Below are positions 10,100 through 21,719 of a DNA stretch of 64,000 nucleotides, in pieces. The position numbers were made by a program, and so were the translations under genes. The first letter of the stretch is position 1; every line of letters begins with the position of its first letter. The notes under the pieces are model-generated. The model made no database searches. It was not told where the DNA came from and saw only the letters and a list, made by a program, of their open reading frames with translations. The stretch comes from Selaginella moellendorffii. Lineage: Eukaryota; Plantae; Lycopodiophyta. The DNA lies in contig NW_003314357.1 in the NCBI RefSeq assembly GCF_000143415.4, positions 328,269 through 392,268 on the forward strand. Reading direction: 5' to 3'.

Positions 10100-12240
10100 C
10101 CCATGTTTGTTTAGAAGAACTCTGCAAAGTAGACTTTGTTGCCAACGTGAATATGTTTGCACTGATTGGTCTACGCTTTACAGAAGGCCTTAGAGTGGAA
10201 TGGAGCACCATACCAGAGTGGTGGAGCTCACGATTCCCCACCTTGATATGAGTAAAGCAGTGGAGGTCACTCATCGATGAGCGCACGTAGTCATCCATCA
10301 CCACCCAGAAGGAGGAAAAGGGACGCATTAGAAAGATCAAGAAGCAATCTAATGACCAAAAGCTTCATGAGACTGGGGTGGCAAGGGTTGCCCCATCTGG
10401 GACTCTCATGGCATACCTACAACCTCTCAGAAGCAAGCTTCTATGGATTCCAAGCCATTGGCAAGTATAACATGCTGTCAGGAAATGTACGAGGCAAAGT
10501 AACCACGTTGGGGGGTAGACCCACCGCTTTGAATCATCCACAGTCCACACAATCAACTTCAATCCGTGAACCTGTGAAAACGAGAGCCTGGAGATCTCCA
10601 TTGAGCGAAAGAACATTAAAGTCAGTTTCATACTGTCCATAAAATATATTTATCGGATCTGCGACATCGCAGTATAATCAGCAAAACAAACAGAAAATGG
10701 GACCTCATACCTGTGCTATACGTGAATTGGCCGGTTGTACATTTCAACCATTGCCTGCATCTCGAGGTTGTTGCCATAAACCTTCAAGGCAGTACCACCA
10801 TTCATCAGTCAAGCAAGACAGCAAAAGAAAATCGATAAACAAAAAGACCTTATCTTTGCGTTTTCTGCAGTAAAGCCTTCTGTAATGAACAATGAAAAAT
10901 TACCTCTTTCTCTTTCCTGCAAGAAAAAACAACTTGATAAGAGGTTCCTGTAACAGAAAATAGCAAACGTCAGCTGATTGTCAAAAGCATTCCACTCAGA
11001 ATCATTGCCATGCAATCTCTGTACGCATCTCGCCAAAACTTTCAGGATTACCATAGACTTGATCAGAAAAAGCAGTTGCACAGCGACTGAACTTCCTCAT
11101 GCTTCACAGAAGCCGGTTCCAAAGCTTGGTTATGACTCCCTTGTAGCTTGTTTATCTGGTGTGATTCAATCCGTGGCTGTTCTTTCATGGCGTTTCATCT
11201 CAAGCAGCGCCTGCAAGAAAGAAAAAGCACTATGTCTATATAAGCGGCTGAACGAAAAACCTGATTACCTGATCGTAAGTTCTGCTTGCGAGTTTTCAAA
11301 AGCGTCCTTTCCAAAGCCAACTCTCAGTGAAAGGGCGCGAATCAATGCGGGGCCTGGCGGCTGCAAAGACGAGATTCCAAGACCGCCCAATTATCATCCC
11401 GATGCATCGACCAAAGCCTCCAGAGATCCAGCAATCCAGAGAAAAAAGATATGAAATCTCTCTCGCGCGCAATCGCAATCAGCTGGCGGCCGAGCTCTCA
11501 AGCTCCAGTGCTATGCCTAGGACCAAGGATGAGACGAAAAGAATTCTTCTCGGCAGTCTCGAGCTTTATAGACTCGCTGGTCCACAGCCTTGCTAAGTCC
11601 TTTTTGATTGTGGTCAGCAACCTTTTTTCAACGAGCTTCTTGATTGCGTCAAATGAGAACTAAGGGACATGGTTTTCAAAACTACCTTGTTGGACAAAAG
11701 AAAAAGAAAAACTTTTACCTCCATCGTCAGCGTACGCGAGTTGTTGACGTCCTTGCCATTGTTTGCATCTTGTTTGCCAGCATCAAAGGACTCATGTCGA
11801 TGTAAGTTTTGGGAGGTGTCCAATCCTCGCTCTGTGTAAACCAAAGTTGTGAGCTCAAAGGGAGACCCACCTGAAATCCATGAGTGTTCTGCTACAACAG
11901 AAGAGATGTGGAGCATGAGCTAAGAGATCACGGCCATGTCAATCAATGCACGAGCATGAGAAAAAGCAATGAAAAGCATTTGTCATTGGCTTCAGCTACC
12001 CCCTCTCTAACAATCAGACCATCCAAGACTGCAAAGCTGAGTATAGATGAAAGTAGTGCAAGATCTGACTCACCGTCTCGGAGAGGCGACGTCGATCCAA
12101 TACCAGGAAACTAGTTGGACGATCGCGCGTTTTCTTTCCAGCGTCAGCAGCGGGCTCATAGTCGGGTGATAAGTAGAGTGTTGCTGTTAACTGCACCCAA
12201 TCGGAACGGGATAATGAATCACTTCCTTCTGGAGGTTGAC
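10100..12240 (-). pseudogene. Chimeric, frameshifted multi-exon pseudogene region
   Basis: Exon/intron-like structure with in-frame stops and frameshifts; contains the OTU fragment plus unidentified exons. Confidence 0.55.
10620..11090 (-). pseudogene. Degenerate OTU deubiquitinase (OTLD1/OTUD5-like) fragment
   Basis: Pieces CNCFF..DQVYGNPE, ERERGNFSLFITEGFT, KVYGNNLEMQAMVEMYNRPIHV* and DPINIFYGQYETD match the plant OTLD1 OTU domain, broken by stops/frameshifts. Confidence 0.8.
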
Positions 12241-12325
12241 AATTTTACGAAAAAGAAGTATTAGCAAAAGTCTCATTTATTTTTGGAGTGTTATATTTAT
12301 TCATGATATTTTAGTAATTTCATAA

Positions 12326-12677
12326 TTTTTGGTTTGCTTAAGCAAACCTATAGGGGGATGGTAGTGAATATACATAGAATATTCTTGGATATTCTAGGAT
12401 ATTCTACCATCTAATGGTTGGTATTCATTTAAATTAATTTGGTATTTATAATTTATAAACATGTTTATAATTTATAAAATCTCTTAAACCCTTTCTAGTA
12501 TATTCTTTTTTATTCTATCATCTAATGGTTGATATGCAATAAGATTAATCTTGTGTTTATAAATTACAAACATGCTTATAACTATAAACTTTATTTGATC
12601 AATTAGATTAATAACTAATAATAAAACTACCATTAAGCAAACCAAGCATTGCTACATGCAACGCGTAGCAATTTATT
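12326..12677 (+). mobile_element. ~350-bp non-autonomous rolling-circle element with Helentron/HINE-type ends (copy 1)
   Basis: 13-bp subterminal inverted repeats TTGGTTTGCTTAA (12329-12341) / TTAAGCAAACCAA (12633-12645), 5' palindrome 12331-12348, 3' stem-loop 12648-12672, T-rich ends; inverted copy at 24366-24716. Confidence 0.65.
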
Positions 12678-13429
12678 AATATAGCTATAATTAAAACATA
12701 TAGCATTATATAATCTTAATATAATTTTTTTTGTTAATATGACATCAGACATTTCTAATACCAAATGTAAGTATTATTCAAACCCAAAAACACCTACCTA
12801 AGTACCTCAACATCTTTAATCAATTGAAAAAGAATTGAACTTTTTCTTAAATTATTCTCTTTCCATCTCAGCAGAAAACTTAAGGTTTTACTGAGTTTTA
12901 AATATTATATTGTATTTTGCTATATTATAATATGTGTTGAGAGAGCTGCCTCTTTAACTCCTAAAATTGCAAAATACTGATTCAAGCAAGTATTAGTTCT
13001 CTTTCAGGTAAGTAAGATTTACATCAAACTGTTAATTGCATCAATCTGGTAGTTTAATATGAACTTCTATGGAGTTTTATAATCAAGCTTCACTTGTAGT
13101 AAAAAGAGCTTTAGTGTATTATATCCCTAGAGATCCAAGTTCATATGCATTAAGCTCGTTGATGGTTTTTGAATTGTTATTGAAATGCATGCTAAGCTTA
13201 TATGTTAGCTTCTAAATTGCCAACTTGGATCACTATCACAACCTTACAATTCTTTAAGACTATTTAGATGTCTTTTTAACAACCTATAGCACAGATCATC
13301 ATCATCGGTAAAGAAACATTCATCAGCTTGAGTATCATATCATATCAACTTAAGTATTCCCATGATCATTTCTTCGCAATATTGATCCATCCAGTTGGGG
13401 CTAGGAGTTCACAAAGTAGTATCTTTTAG

Positions 13430-16260
13430 TTCCACCTACACTTGAGGTAAGGAGTGAAGAAATAGAAGCACAAAAAAACATTAGAATAATCTTAAAACAT
13501 CCAAAATCTTAATGCTAAAATCAGTATATAAAATAAAGTTAAACAAAAAATTAATGTTATTTCAACATACTATAGCCTAGGATATGGGTACTCCACTACC
13601 TAACATAGTATGGAGCTTGAGTTTAAAACTAAATTGAATACAAAACAAGAATAAACATATTTAATAGGGAGTTAAACAATGTCTCAGATGGTCAGCCATA
13701 CCTTTGACCCACTATAGTGCATCTAAATTTAAAACTAAAATTCATGTCTATTACATTATGAAATGAGTGTGTGGTACATAATCAAATCCCTTATGAGCAT
13801 CAAATCTTTTTATTTAGCCTTTATATATAAAATGTTGTTATATAAAGCCTAATATAATTTTAACATACCGGTGGCCCAATACAAAGAGTTGCATACCCCA
13901 TTGATTAGTATAGTATAGAGTTTGGGCTTAGACACAAGCTGAATGCAGATGTAATTTATTTTAAATTTTATTATTGTTTTAAGTGTATATATTTAAATTA
14001 TATATATATCTAAAATGTTTTTCTTTTAAAATATTAAATATATTAAATTATAGGTAAGTTCAATAGATAAACTATTGAACTTTAAACTTAGAAATAAAAT
14101 CTTTAAAATACACCACATATGAAATTATTAAATTTTATTGCTAAACTGGAAGGAGGTGTGCTATAGGTTCAATAGTGTGCATCCACAACTATACACTACC
14201 ATGTAAAAGAGGTTTAGAATTGTATATTTTCATAAATTCTTTCCTTTGATTAGTTTTGAATATGAATAATATTAAAGTATAACATTTTTTGCTATGTTTG
14301 CAATATTTAATTATAAAATCAACCCATATGCTTTTGAGTTCAAATCCTTTGTTAGTAGCCTAAGGCTTTGAAATTCAAATTCCACTCTATTGCCTTAGCA
14401 CACATATTTAAGGGTTATATTATGCTTAATATGATACTTCACTATAGGATATAGGGTCAAAACCACATGCATTACATAAATGTAATCTTTATAATCTTTG
14501 GCAAAGGCACAAAACTACTAAAGGCATTGTTATGATGTATTGCATAGCTCCCCACCATAACATCAATAAAGTGATTTGGTATTGGTGGAGTTTCCTTGTC
14601 TTAGGGATCAAACTACCTTAGTGGGTTGCCCTCTGCAAAATAAAAGCTTAACTTGGTCCACAAGTATATTGATTGATTTGAGTGGATGGGCAATAGGATT
14701 CATAATATATAATACACATTTTTCAGATTCAATTGCTTCACGGGGGAGTAATGTGAGGTCTTGTGTGTGTGTGTGTGTCTATATATATATATAGATACAA
14801 CTAAGATTAGCAGCTAATCTTAGTGGCCACATCATCAATAACATCATCATTAGTCTTGGTAATCTTAATTTATCCTATTTGCCACTATACTTAGGGTCCT
14901 ATCACTAGAGCCATGTAATAAATCATAGTTTATAAAAATACAAAGACAAAATAAAATAATAAATCAAATTATGGATAATTTAAAAAATATAATACTACAA
15001 TAAGTATGCTAATATAACCACTTAAAAAAATATAGTAATAATCTAATTTGAATTTCGTAGACAAGCTTTATAAACTTATGAGCTGGTACTTAATATAGTC
15101 TCTTTCACTATAAAAAAAAGTTTGATATACCATTTGTGTATTAAAGAATTTGGAAAACAAACTAAATTTGTTCTCTACATGCTCAATATGTTGTAATGTT
15201 GTTATTGTCTCAGTTTATCTAAACACTCTATAGAAATGGATAACTTGCAAAGCTCAATCCAATTAATACCCCAATCTCTAGATATTGTTGAGTGATTGGC
15301 ATCAAACCCACAACAAAAGAACTTCAACTTTAAATTATGTGGCTATCAAATATGTGCCAGAAAAAGCCAAAGATACAATTGTACTTCCATGTGGCAGCTG
15401 ATAGGGAAAGTGATAGGATGGCAGTTAGCCAAGTGGAAGAATTTTAAGATTTTAAGAGGTGAGTAGAGAGAATTAAGGTGCTGGTCTTCTAGGGGGTATG
15501 GCTTAATGCAAAATCACATTCATAGGACAATGGGAGAATATTAGGAATCTGGATATGAGAATCTCACGCAAGGACATCATCAAGCAGTAAGGGAATCTTG
15601 AGCCTGGAAGAAAATAAAAGGTGAGAGTTTAAATTTAGGGGTCGGCCAAGCTTCACCCCTTAGACAACCATAGTTTCCACCTTAGAGAGGAGAGAGTGTT
15701 CCTAGTGAGGTATCTCTTTAGGCTCGAGATTGGATGTGGAAACAGGGTGCTCCCAAGCTTTTTATAGTCAATCACAAGCTGTAGCAGCCCAACACAATCT
15801 GGATGGACAAAGAAGCTTGTCACTTTTCTTTGTGATCTGGGTTGTGGGATCTCTTTATTATGATTGCAGATGGCTAGTGTTCTCAGGGATGATAGGAGCT
15901 GGAGTGTGGAGGCTGCAGCATCCTTGTTACTAGAAGGGCTTGGGAGCTGCTGCAGCCATACTAGACAAGTTTAGAGGCAAGTGGGTGAGAGGTTGGTGAA
16001 GATAGGGCTCAAGCCAGACTATGGACCATTTGTTGCAAGCACATTGCACAAACCAAATGGCATAATTGTGTTTTAAAGTAATCTTCATTAGCCACTAGAG
16101 TGAAGATCTAGCTTATAACAGAAATGAGCTCTAGCGCATAAAACAAACTTTACAAATTGGATATTCATTTGGATATAGCTACATTCTTAATCATTAAGTT
16201 TATTTGCAAGAACCAAAACTGTCGCAAATCTGATTTAGCTGCGAGCTCTATTGTTGCCTC
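13430..16260. mobile_element. Old degenerate LTR-retrotransposon debris (family-A LTR pieces; RT remnant)
   Basis: 13500-13930 and 14330-14477 resemble family-A LTR (latter ends GGGTCAAAACCACATGCATTACA). Minus strand 16040-16070 reads TIMPFGLCNVLAT, like the gypsy RT MPFGL.NAPATF motif. Confidence 0.55.
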
Positions 16261-18064
16261 TGTCCTAGTTGGCCACATCTTGGCATCTATGGCGCCTAAA
16301 CCACCATGTTAAGTGGCTTTACAATAAAACGCCACACAAGTTCAGAAAGCCACAATCTTTGGCTCATTGTGGGAGAGAGTTTTTAGTTTAAGGAAAAACC
16401 TGGTAGAAAACTTGAAAGAAGACAAAGATCCTTAAAGACGAGAAAGATAACTCAAATGTATGTAAAATATCAGTGAGTGGTGCAGCTATAGATGCATAAT
16501 TTGCAACAAATTTACACAGATAATTATAGAGGCCAAGGAAAGAACTTAGATGCTTAATCAACTAAGGTTCTGGCTAGTTGGAGATTTCTTGGCACTTATC
16601 AAGGACTTGAAGAGTCTTCTCCAAGAGGCACAAATGTGGTATATATCATCAGAAACTATAAATCTTGTCATTGCATTATAAATGCACCACATTTTTGTGT
16701 TTTTGATGAGTTATGAAATCATAACTACATAGTTTAAGCAAACAAAGTGTTTGACTTTTAGAAATTTTGTTTTGGATTGCAGATGCATATACGTAGCATT
16801 CACTGCAGAAAAGCGGTGAGACTTGGCACAATGAAGTCAGATGTAGGGCTCAGACCAGCAAGGAAGCCCTCACCACTGCTTGCTGCCCACTGTGATTGCT
16901 TGGGGAGCTGATCAACGAGTGCCTACAGGAAATCTCCATCACTATCATGCCGCAAGCTTGCAACTTAGAGGAGCTCCGATCTCTAGCGGATCCTGCTGAT
17001 GCCGCATGTGAAGAGAAAGAAGTGGAGGGCAGTGCTCAAGCTCATGTGCGCCGGGCGGAGTGGAGCCATTGTGTATACACAATCATGCCAATCATATTGG
17101 AGCAGGGCATGGAGCTGGTAGACAGATTATGTGGTAGTGGCAAGGGTAGTTTGAGAATTGAAAGTGAGCATGGAGCTCAATGGTGAGCTTCTACACCAAG
17201 TCTCCTACATTTGTAGCTCTGTAAAGGAGATACTATTTTGAAGACCCTATCCATTGTGTTTTCTTTGAACTTTCCAACGTGAGCATTACAAAGTTGAAAT
17301 AAAGGTACAAAAGGTCTAAACTCTTAGTATGAAAATGAAATCTAAGCACATATTTTGATCATTTTTATTAAGATATAAATTTTCATAAATAAGTCAATTA
17401 ACTATTTGGGAGAAATGCAAGTAGACTTATGTGTCATAGACATATGAGGAAAGTGCAGATATAATTTCATTTCAAATGTTGCAGGTGCATATATAATTTA
17501 CAATCATTCCTTTAAGCCATCAATATAGCCATCTGTTTTAGGATGATAAGAAGACACAAAGGACTATTGAAGGTTGAGCCATTGTATTAACACTTTAATA
17601 ACACTAGAACCCAGGTTAGGATTTTGATTCACTCTCTGTTGCAAAACCTACCATTTGAATAAGGAATTGTGCAATCAAATTAACTAGTACATCTGGCAAA
17701 CACAGACTTCAATCCACCAAGTGAGGAAATTAGAGCTAATAATTCTAAGAAAAGCACCATCAAGTTTTATATAACCAATTCAAATGGATAGGAAACTTGT
17801 ACACATCTTGATATTATATGCAAACCTTTATAATATCAGATATAGAATTACCATGGAAGACATATATAAATATTAATTGATGTAGCATGTTGGTGCTAGT
17901 GAACAATATCACTTATCACCATCATTAACATGTATCCTCTAAGATCAATGAGCACCATTTAGTGTTCAACCAAAACTTATAATCTTCCAAAATACATCTT
18001 ATAATTATGTATTATTATTTGATAAAGAAAACAATAAAGAAACACCAGAGCCACCCAGTCTTTG

Positions 18065-18199
18065 CATCCAAAAGATGTTTGTACCACCCACCAACCAAAG
18101 AACTTACCCTTAATGGTCTAGTCTCTCACTTCCCATCCAAAAGATGTTTATACCACCCACCAACCAAAGAACCTACCCTTAATGATCTAGTCTCTCACT
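18065..18199. repeat. Two-copy tandem repeat, period 69 bp
   Basis: CATCCAAAAGATGTTT.TACCACCCACCAACCAAAGAAC.TACCCTTAATG.TCTAGTCTCTCACT at 18065 and 18134. Confidence 0.9.
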
Positions 18200-18473
18200 C
18201 CATGCATTCTTGTGCTCTCAACTTGAATTCTTGTGCTCTAGCAAGCATTCAATTGGCAATCTTCCATGGATTCTTCTCTTGCAAATTTGAAGACCTCTCA
18301 CTTCAAAGAATACTCTGTTGGAGACAATTAACATGATCCAAAAGCTATTGCCATGAGACTTTCGCATTAAAGTCACAATCCAGGACTACTAACCGGCTGT
18401 GGGACGAAGTTCAAAGGCCATCCAGGCCTCCTAGAAATCACTTACCCTTGGACTTAGTATAAAGCTATGCCGG

Positions 18474-18500
18474 CCCTAAGGGTTTAGGGCTTAGGGCTTT
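18474..18500 (+). promoter_or_regulatory. Telo-box-like cluster upstream of MAM33 gene
   Basis: CCCTAAGGGTTTAGGGCTTAGGGC immediately 5' of ATG 18507. Confidence 0.5.
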
Positions 18501-18506
18501 TCGGCT

Positions 18507-19379
18507 ATGGCGTCACGTGTTCTTGGGCGACGCCTCGGAAGCTATGCCGTTGCGAGATTTCTTCCCGCAGTGGCAGCTCCCAGGCACTCGCTCGCCCTCA
18601 CCCGTTCCATCCCGCTCGCAGCGCTAGCATCGTCATCGTCAGCCCGAGCTTTTGGCTCCAAATCCTCTTCCGGCGACAGTGGCCTCTTGAAGGTTCTCAA
18701 GTCGGAGATTGAGCACGAGAAAGGCGAGAACGAAGGCGGGGTGAGCAAACTGTTTTGTCTTCGGTGCGTTATCTTTCCTTGTGTTCTTGCTCTAGGATAT
18801 CAAGGTGAAGCCACCGTCGCCTTTCACGCTCCACAACGAGAGCGGGAGGCAAGAGGTGATCCTCCGCCGCTCCTACAACTCGGAGGACATCGCAGTGACG
18901 TGCCTGTTCCGCGTCTCGCCTTACGATGAGCCGGAGGAGGAAGAGGAGAGCGAGGAGGACGAGCCCGACACTCCAGTTTCCCAGGAGGAGATCCATATGG
19001 TGGTCACCATCGCCAAGGGAGGCGATGGCCCGTCGCTGGAGATAAGCTGTACGTGCTCGCAGGGCGAGATCGAGATCGAGAAGATCTCGTATCTGGATGA
19101 CGAGTCGAGCAAGGACGACGAGCTTGCTTACACCGGCCCAGTCTTCGGGTAAGTCCCTCGATCTTGGTGATCTTGGTCGTTTGATCTGCTGCGAACGTTT
19201 TCGTTTCCAGGGAATTGGATGAGAACCTCCAGAAGCAGTTTACCAAGTACCTGGAGGCCCGAGGCATCAACGAGGAGCTGTGTAACTTCCTTGTCAACTA
19301 CATGCCGGAGAAGGAACGCCAGGAGTACATTCGTTGGCTGGAGAAGATTGAGAAGTTCGTGAAAAAGGAGGCCAAGTAG
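18507..19379 (+). CDS. Mitochondrial acidic glycoprotein family (MAM33/p32); exons 18507-18740, 18796-19148, 19211-19379
   Basis: R/S/A-rich presequence, LLKVLKSEIEHE, YTGPVF.ELDENLQKQF..YLEARGINEEL..FL..YM..KERQEYIRWL. Confidence 0.92.
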
Positions 19380-19443
19380 TATCATAGCGCTCACCGTATG
19401 AAACAGATTTTCTTAGGTAGTTCTTGCCTGATTTTTGTTGTTC

Positions 19444-20614
19444 TTAAGAAAGAGGGCGACGCTGAGGATCCAGCTCCACGCTCTCTAGTTGGAGGCTGGG
19501 CGAGGTCGGAAGTTGTTGCTCGGCTTTGAGTTCCATCTCTTGGAGAGCTCTCCGGCCGTAGGCCGTGAGTGAGACCCCGGCTGCCAGTGCCACGCAGAAG
19601 CCCACGACGTTGTAAGTGATCTCCACAGCGTTCATGTGTCGCTTGGCGTGCTTGGCGTCGGCCAAACTCTTGAGTAGCCTCCCACTGCGAAGAAAAGCTT
19701 GTTAGATCCTCCACACGTAAACGAAAAGTGAGAGCTTTTTACCTGTAGATGGTGATGAAGGCTTCTGGGACCATTCCAGCGATGGAGCCGGCGATGTAAG
19801 GCCAGAACTCGATGTTGGTCGCGGCGATGGCGTAGTTGAAGAGCGTGTAAGGGATCGGGGCGACTCGGAGGAGCGTCACAGTGCGGAACTGGTGGAACCA
19901 GCCACCGGATTCAGCAGCTCTCAGCACGGCAGCCTTTCGTGGCCACTTTGAAAGCCATTCCTGCCAAGGGAAGCCAAAGCCAGGAAAGTTTAGATCAATC
20001 GAAAGATAATGAAAAACAGTGCTTGACAAAGACGAAGGAGCAAACAGAAGAAATGAAATGGTTGCTTACTTGGATGCGGTGATGGAAGAGGTAGTGGCCG
20101 ACGAAGTATGGGAGCGTTTGGCCGATGGTCGTGCCAACCATGATGATAATGAAGCCGATTCCATATCCAAAGATGATGCCGGACAACCACATCGGGGGCC
20201 CGGATGGAATGAGCAAGACCGGGAAGATGGAGAGAGCCGCCATGAGCACCAGGGCCAGCTGATGCCGCTTGAATCGTGACGCTACCCACACCAGCACCGG
20301 GATTACGATCTGGCGAGAGGAGAAAGAAGAGGCTTTAGAAGAAATTTCCCCTGCCGTGAGAGAAGAAGACCGAAATTTCGGGCCGGATCGACCGTAGGAC
20401 TCGGTCGATGGATGAGACTGACCTTGTCGAGCAGCAGCGGCAGGATCCAGATCGCAAACACGATGCTTAGAGCCACGCCCAGAGCGGCGATTCCGATGAT
20501 CTTGATCCACCGCCATTTCGTCTTCCTATGTCTGGGCAGCAGCGGTGCGGGCACCAGATCCACGACCTCGAATTCGTCGATCTCAGCCTCTTCCATCCGC
20601 CGGGCCTCCCCCAT
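19444..20614 (-). CDS. SNARE-associated Golgi / TVP38-TMEM64 (VTT domain) membrane protein, multi-exon
   Basis: [30 protein letters not shown]; [20 protein letters not shown]; [15 protein letters not shown]. Confidence 0.9.
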
Positions 20615-20677
20615 TCTTTCTTCTCGGGGAGTGGTTCTTGGAAGAACCCTAAAAAATATTTCTCTGGAAGGAACTAG

Positions 20678-21660
20678 ATGGTGATTCTTTCGCCGCCTTC
20701 CTGCTGCGATTACCAATGCGGCAGACGCATCGCCTTGCTCGCCGCCACAGCTGCCGCGGCATCGTCGACTCTTGCCGCCTCCGCCACTCCTTCGATCGAT
20801 CTTGTTGACACGAGCATCACCGATCGAGTGTTCTTCAATCTGGGGCTATGCCAGAGCAGCAACACGCCCGCGGGGGGCCGGCCGGCGTGCAGCGATTCCG
20901 ATTCGCAGCCCCTTGGCCGTGTCGTGATCGGCCTCTACGGCAATCAAGTGCCACACACAACCCGATTGATCAAGGCCATGGCCACCGGCGCGGCGGGGAG
21001 CTCCTACCAAGGCACGGTCTTCCACAAGGTGATCCAGGGCCGCTACATCCAAGCCGGGCACCAGGGATCCAAAGAGAAGGGCGAGGTTTCTCCGCCATCG
21101 CCAGATTATCTGGAATCCAACCCCGACACGGTCAGTCCCAGATCTTTCCTCCTCCGCCACAGCCGCCCAGGAACGGTGTCGCTGTGCCTGGCCGAGAACG
21201 ACGACGACGAATCCATCCGGCTCAATCCGGATTATCGCAACGTCCAGTTCATGATCACCACAGGCACGATAATCTTCTTCTCTTCCTTTCATTGAGATCG
21301 ATCTTGCATGGCTTCTCGGTTTCTTTGCTCTTGTGTTCTTTGCCAGGCCCAGGCCCAGCTCCCGACCTGGACAATCGAAACATCGTGTTTGGAACTGTTC
21401 TTCAAGGTAAAAACTCCTCTCTCTTTTTCTCTCTCTCTAGGAGATCTCTTGGGCTCGGTGAGGTGGCAATTTTCTTTGCAGGGATTGATATCGTGGCATC
21501 GATCGCAGCCATGCCGACTTTCAAACCCAGCGACCGAGTCCGCGAGTTTAACAACATCGCCCAGATCTTGGGCGACGTCCGTGCTAGCAATGCCAGGAGT
21601 TCTTGGTACAGGCCCGTCAAGCCTGTGCTCATCACTAGCTGTGGAGAGGAACTCCAATAA
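20678..21660 (+). CDS. CYP28: Chloroplast thylakoid-lumen cyclophilin CYP28-like; exons 20678-21263, 21347-21406, 21482-21660
   Basis: RR + hydrophobic Tat-like signal; ITDRVFF, LGRVVIGLYGNQVP, HSRPGTVSLCLAENDDD..RNVQFMITTGPGPAPDLDNRNIVFGTVLQG. Confidence 0.88.
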
Positions 21661-21719
21661 GAGTTTCAATCAACAGAGCTCTCTCGATGTTTGACACACG
21701 AGTACTTTGAGGTGAACTG

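Noticed and set aside
10100-12687. Canonical Helitron that captured the pseudogene fragments
   Set aside because: The hairpin at 12648-12672 belongs to a self-contained ~350-bp element whose 5' subTIR is at 12329, so the fragments lie outside it; CTRR is not conserved between copies.
16896-17186. 96-aa ORF with exon-like flanks
   Set aside because: Non-ATG start, isolated in repeat debris, no recognisable homology.
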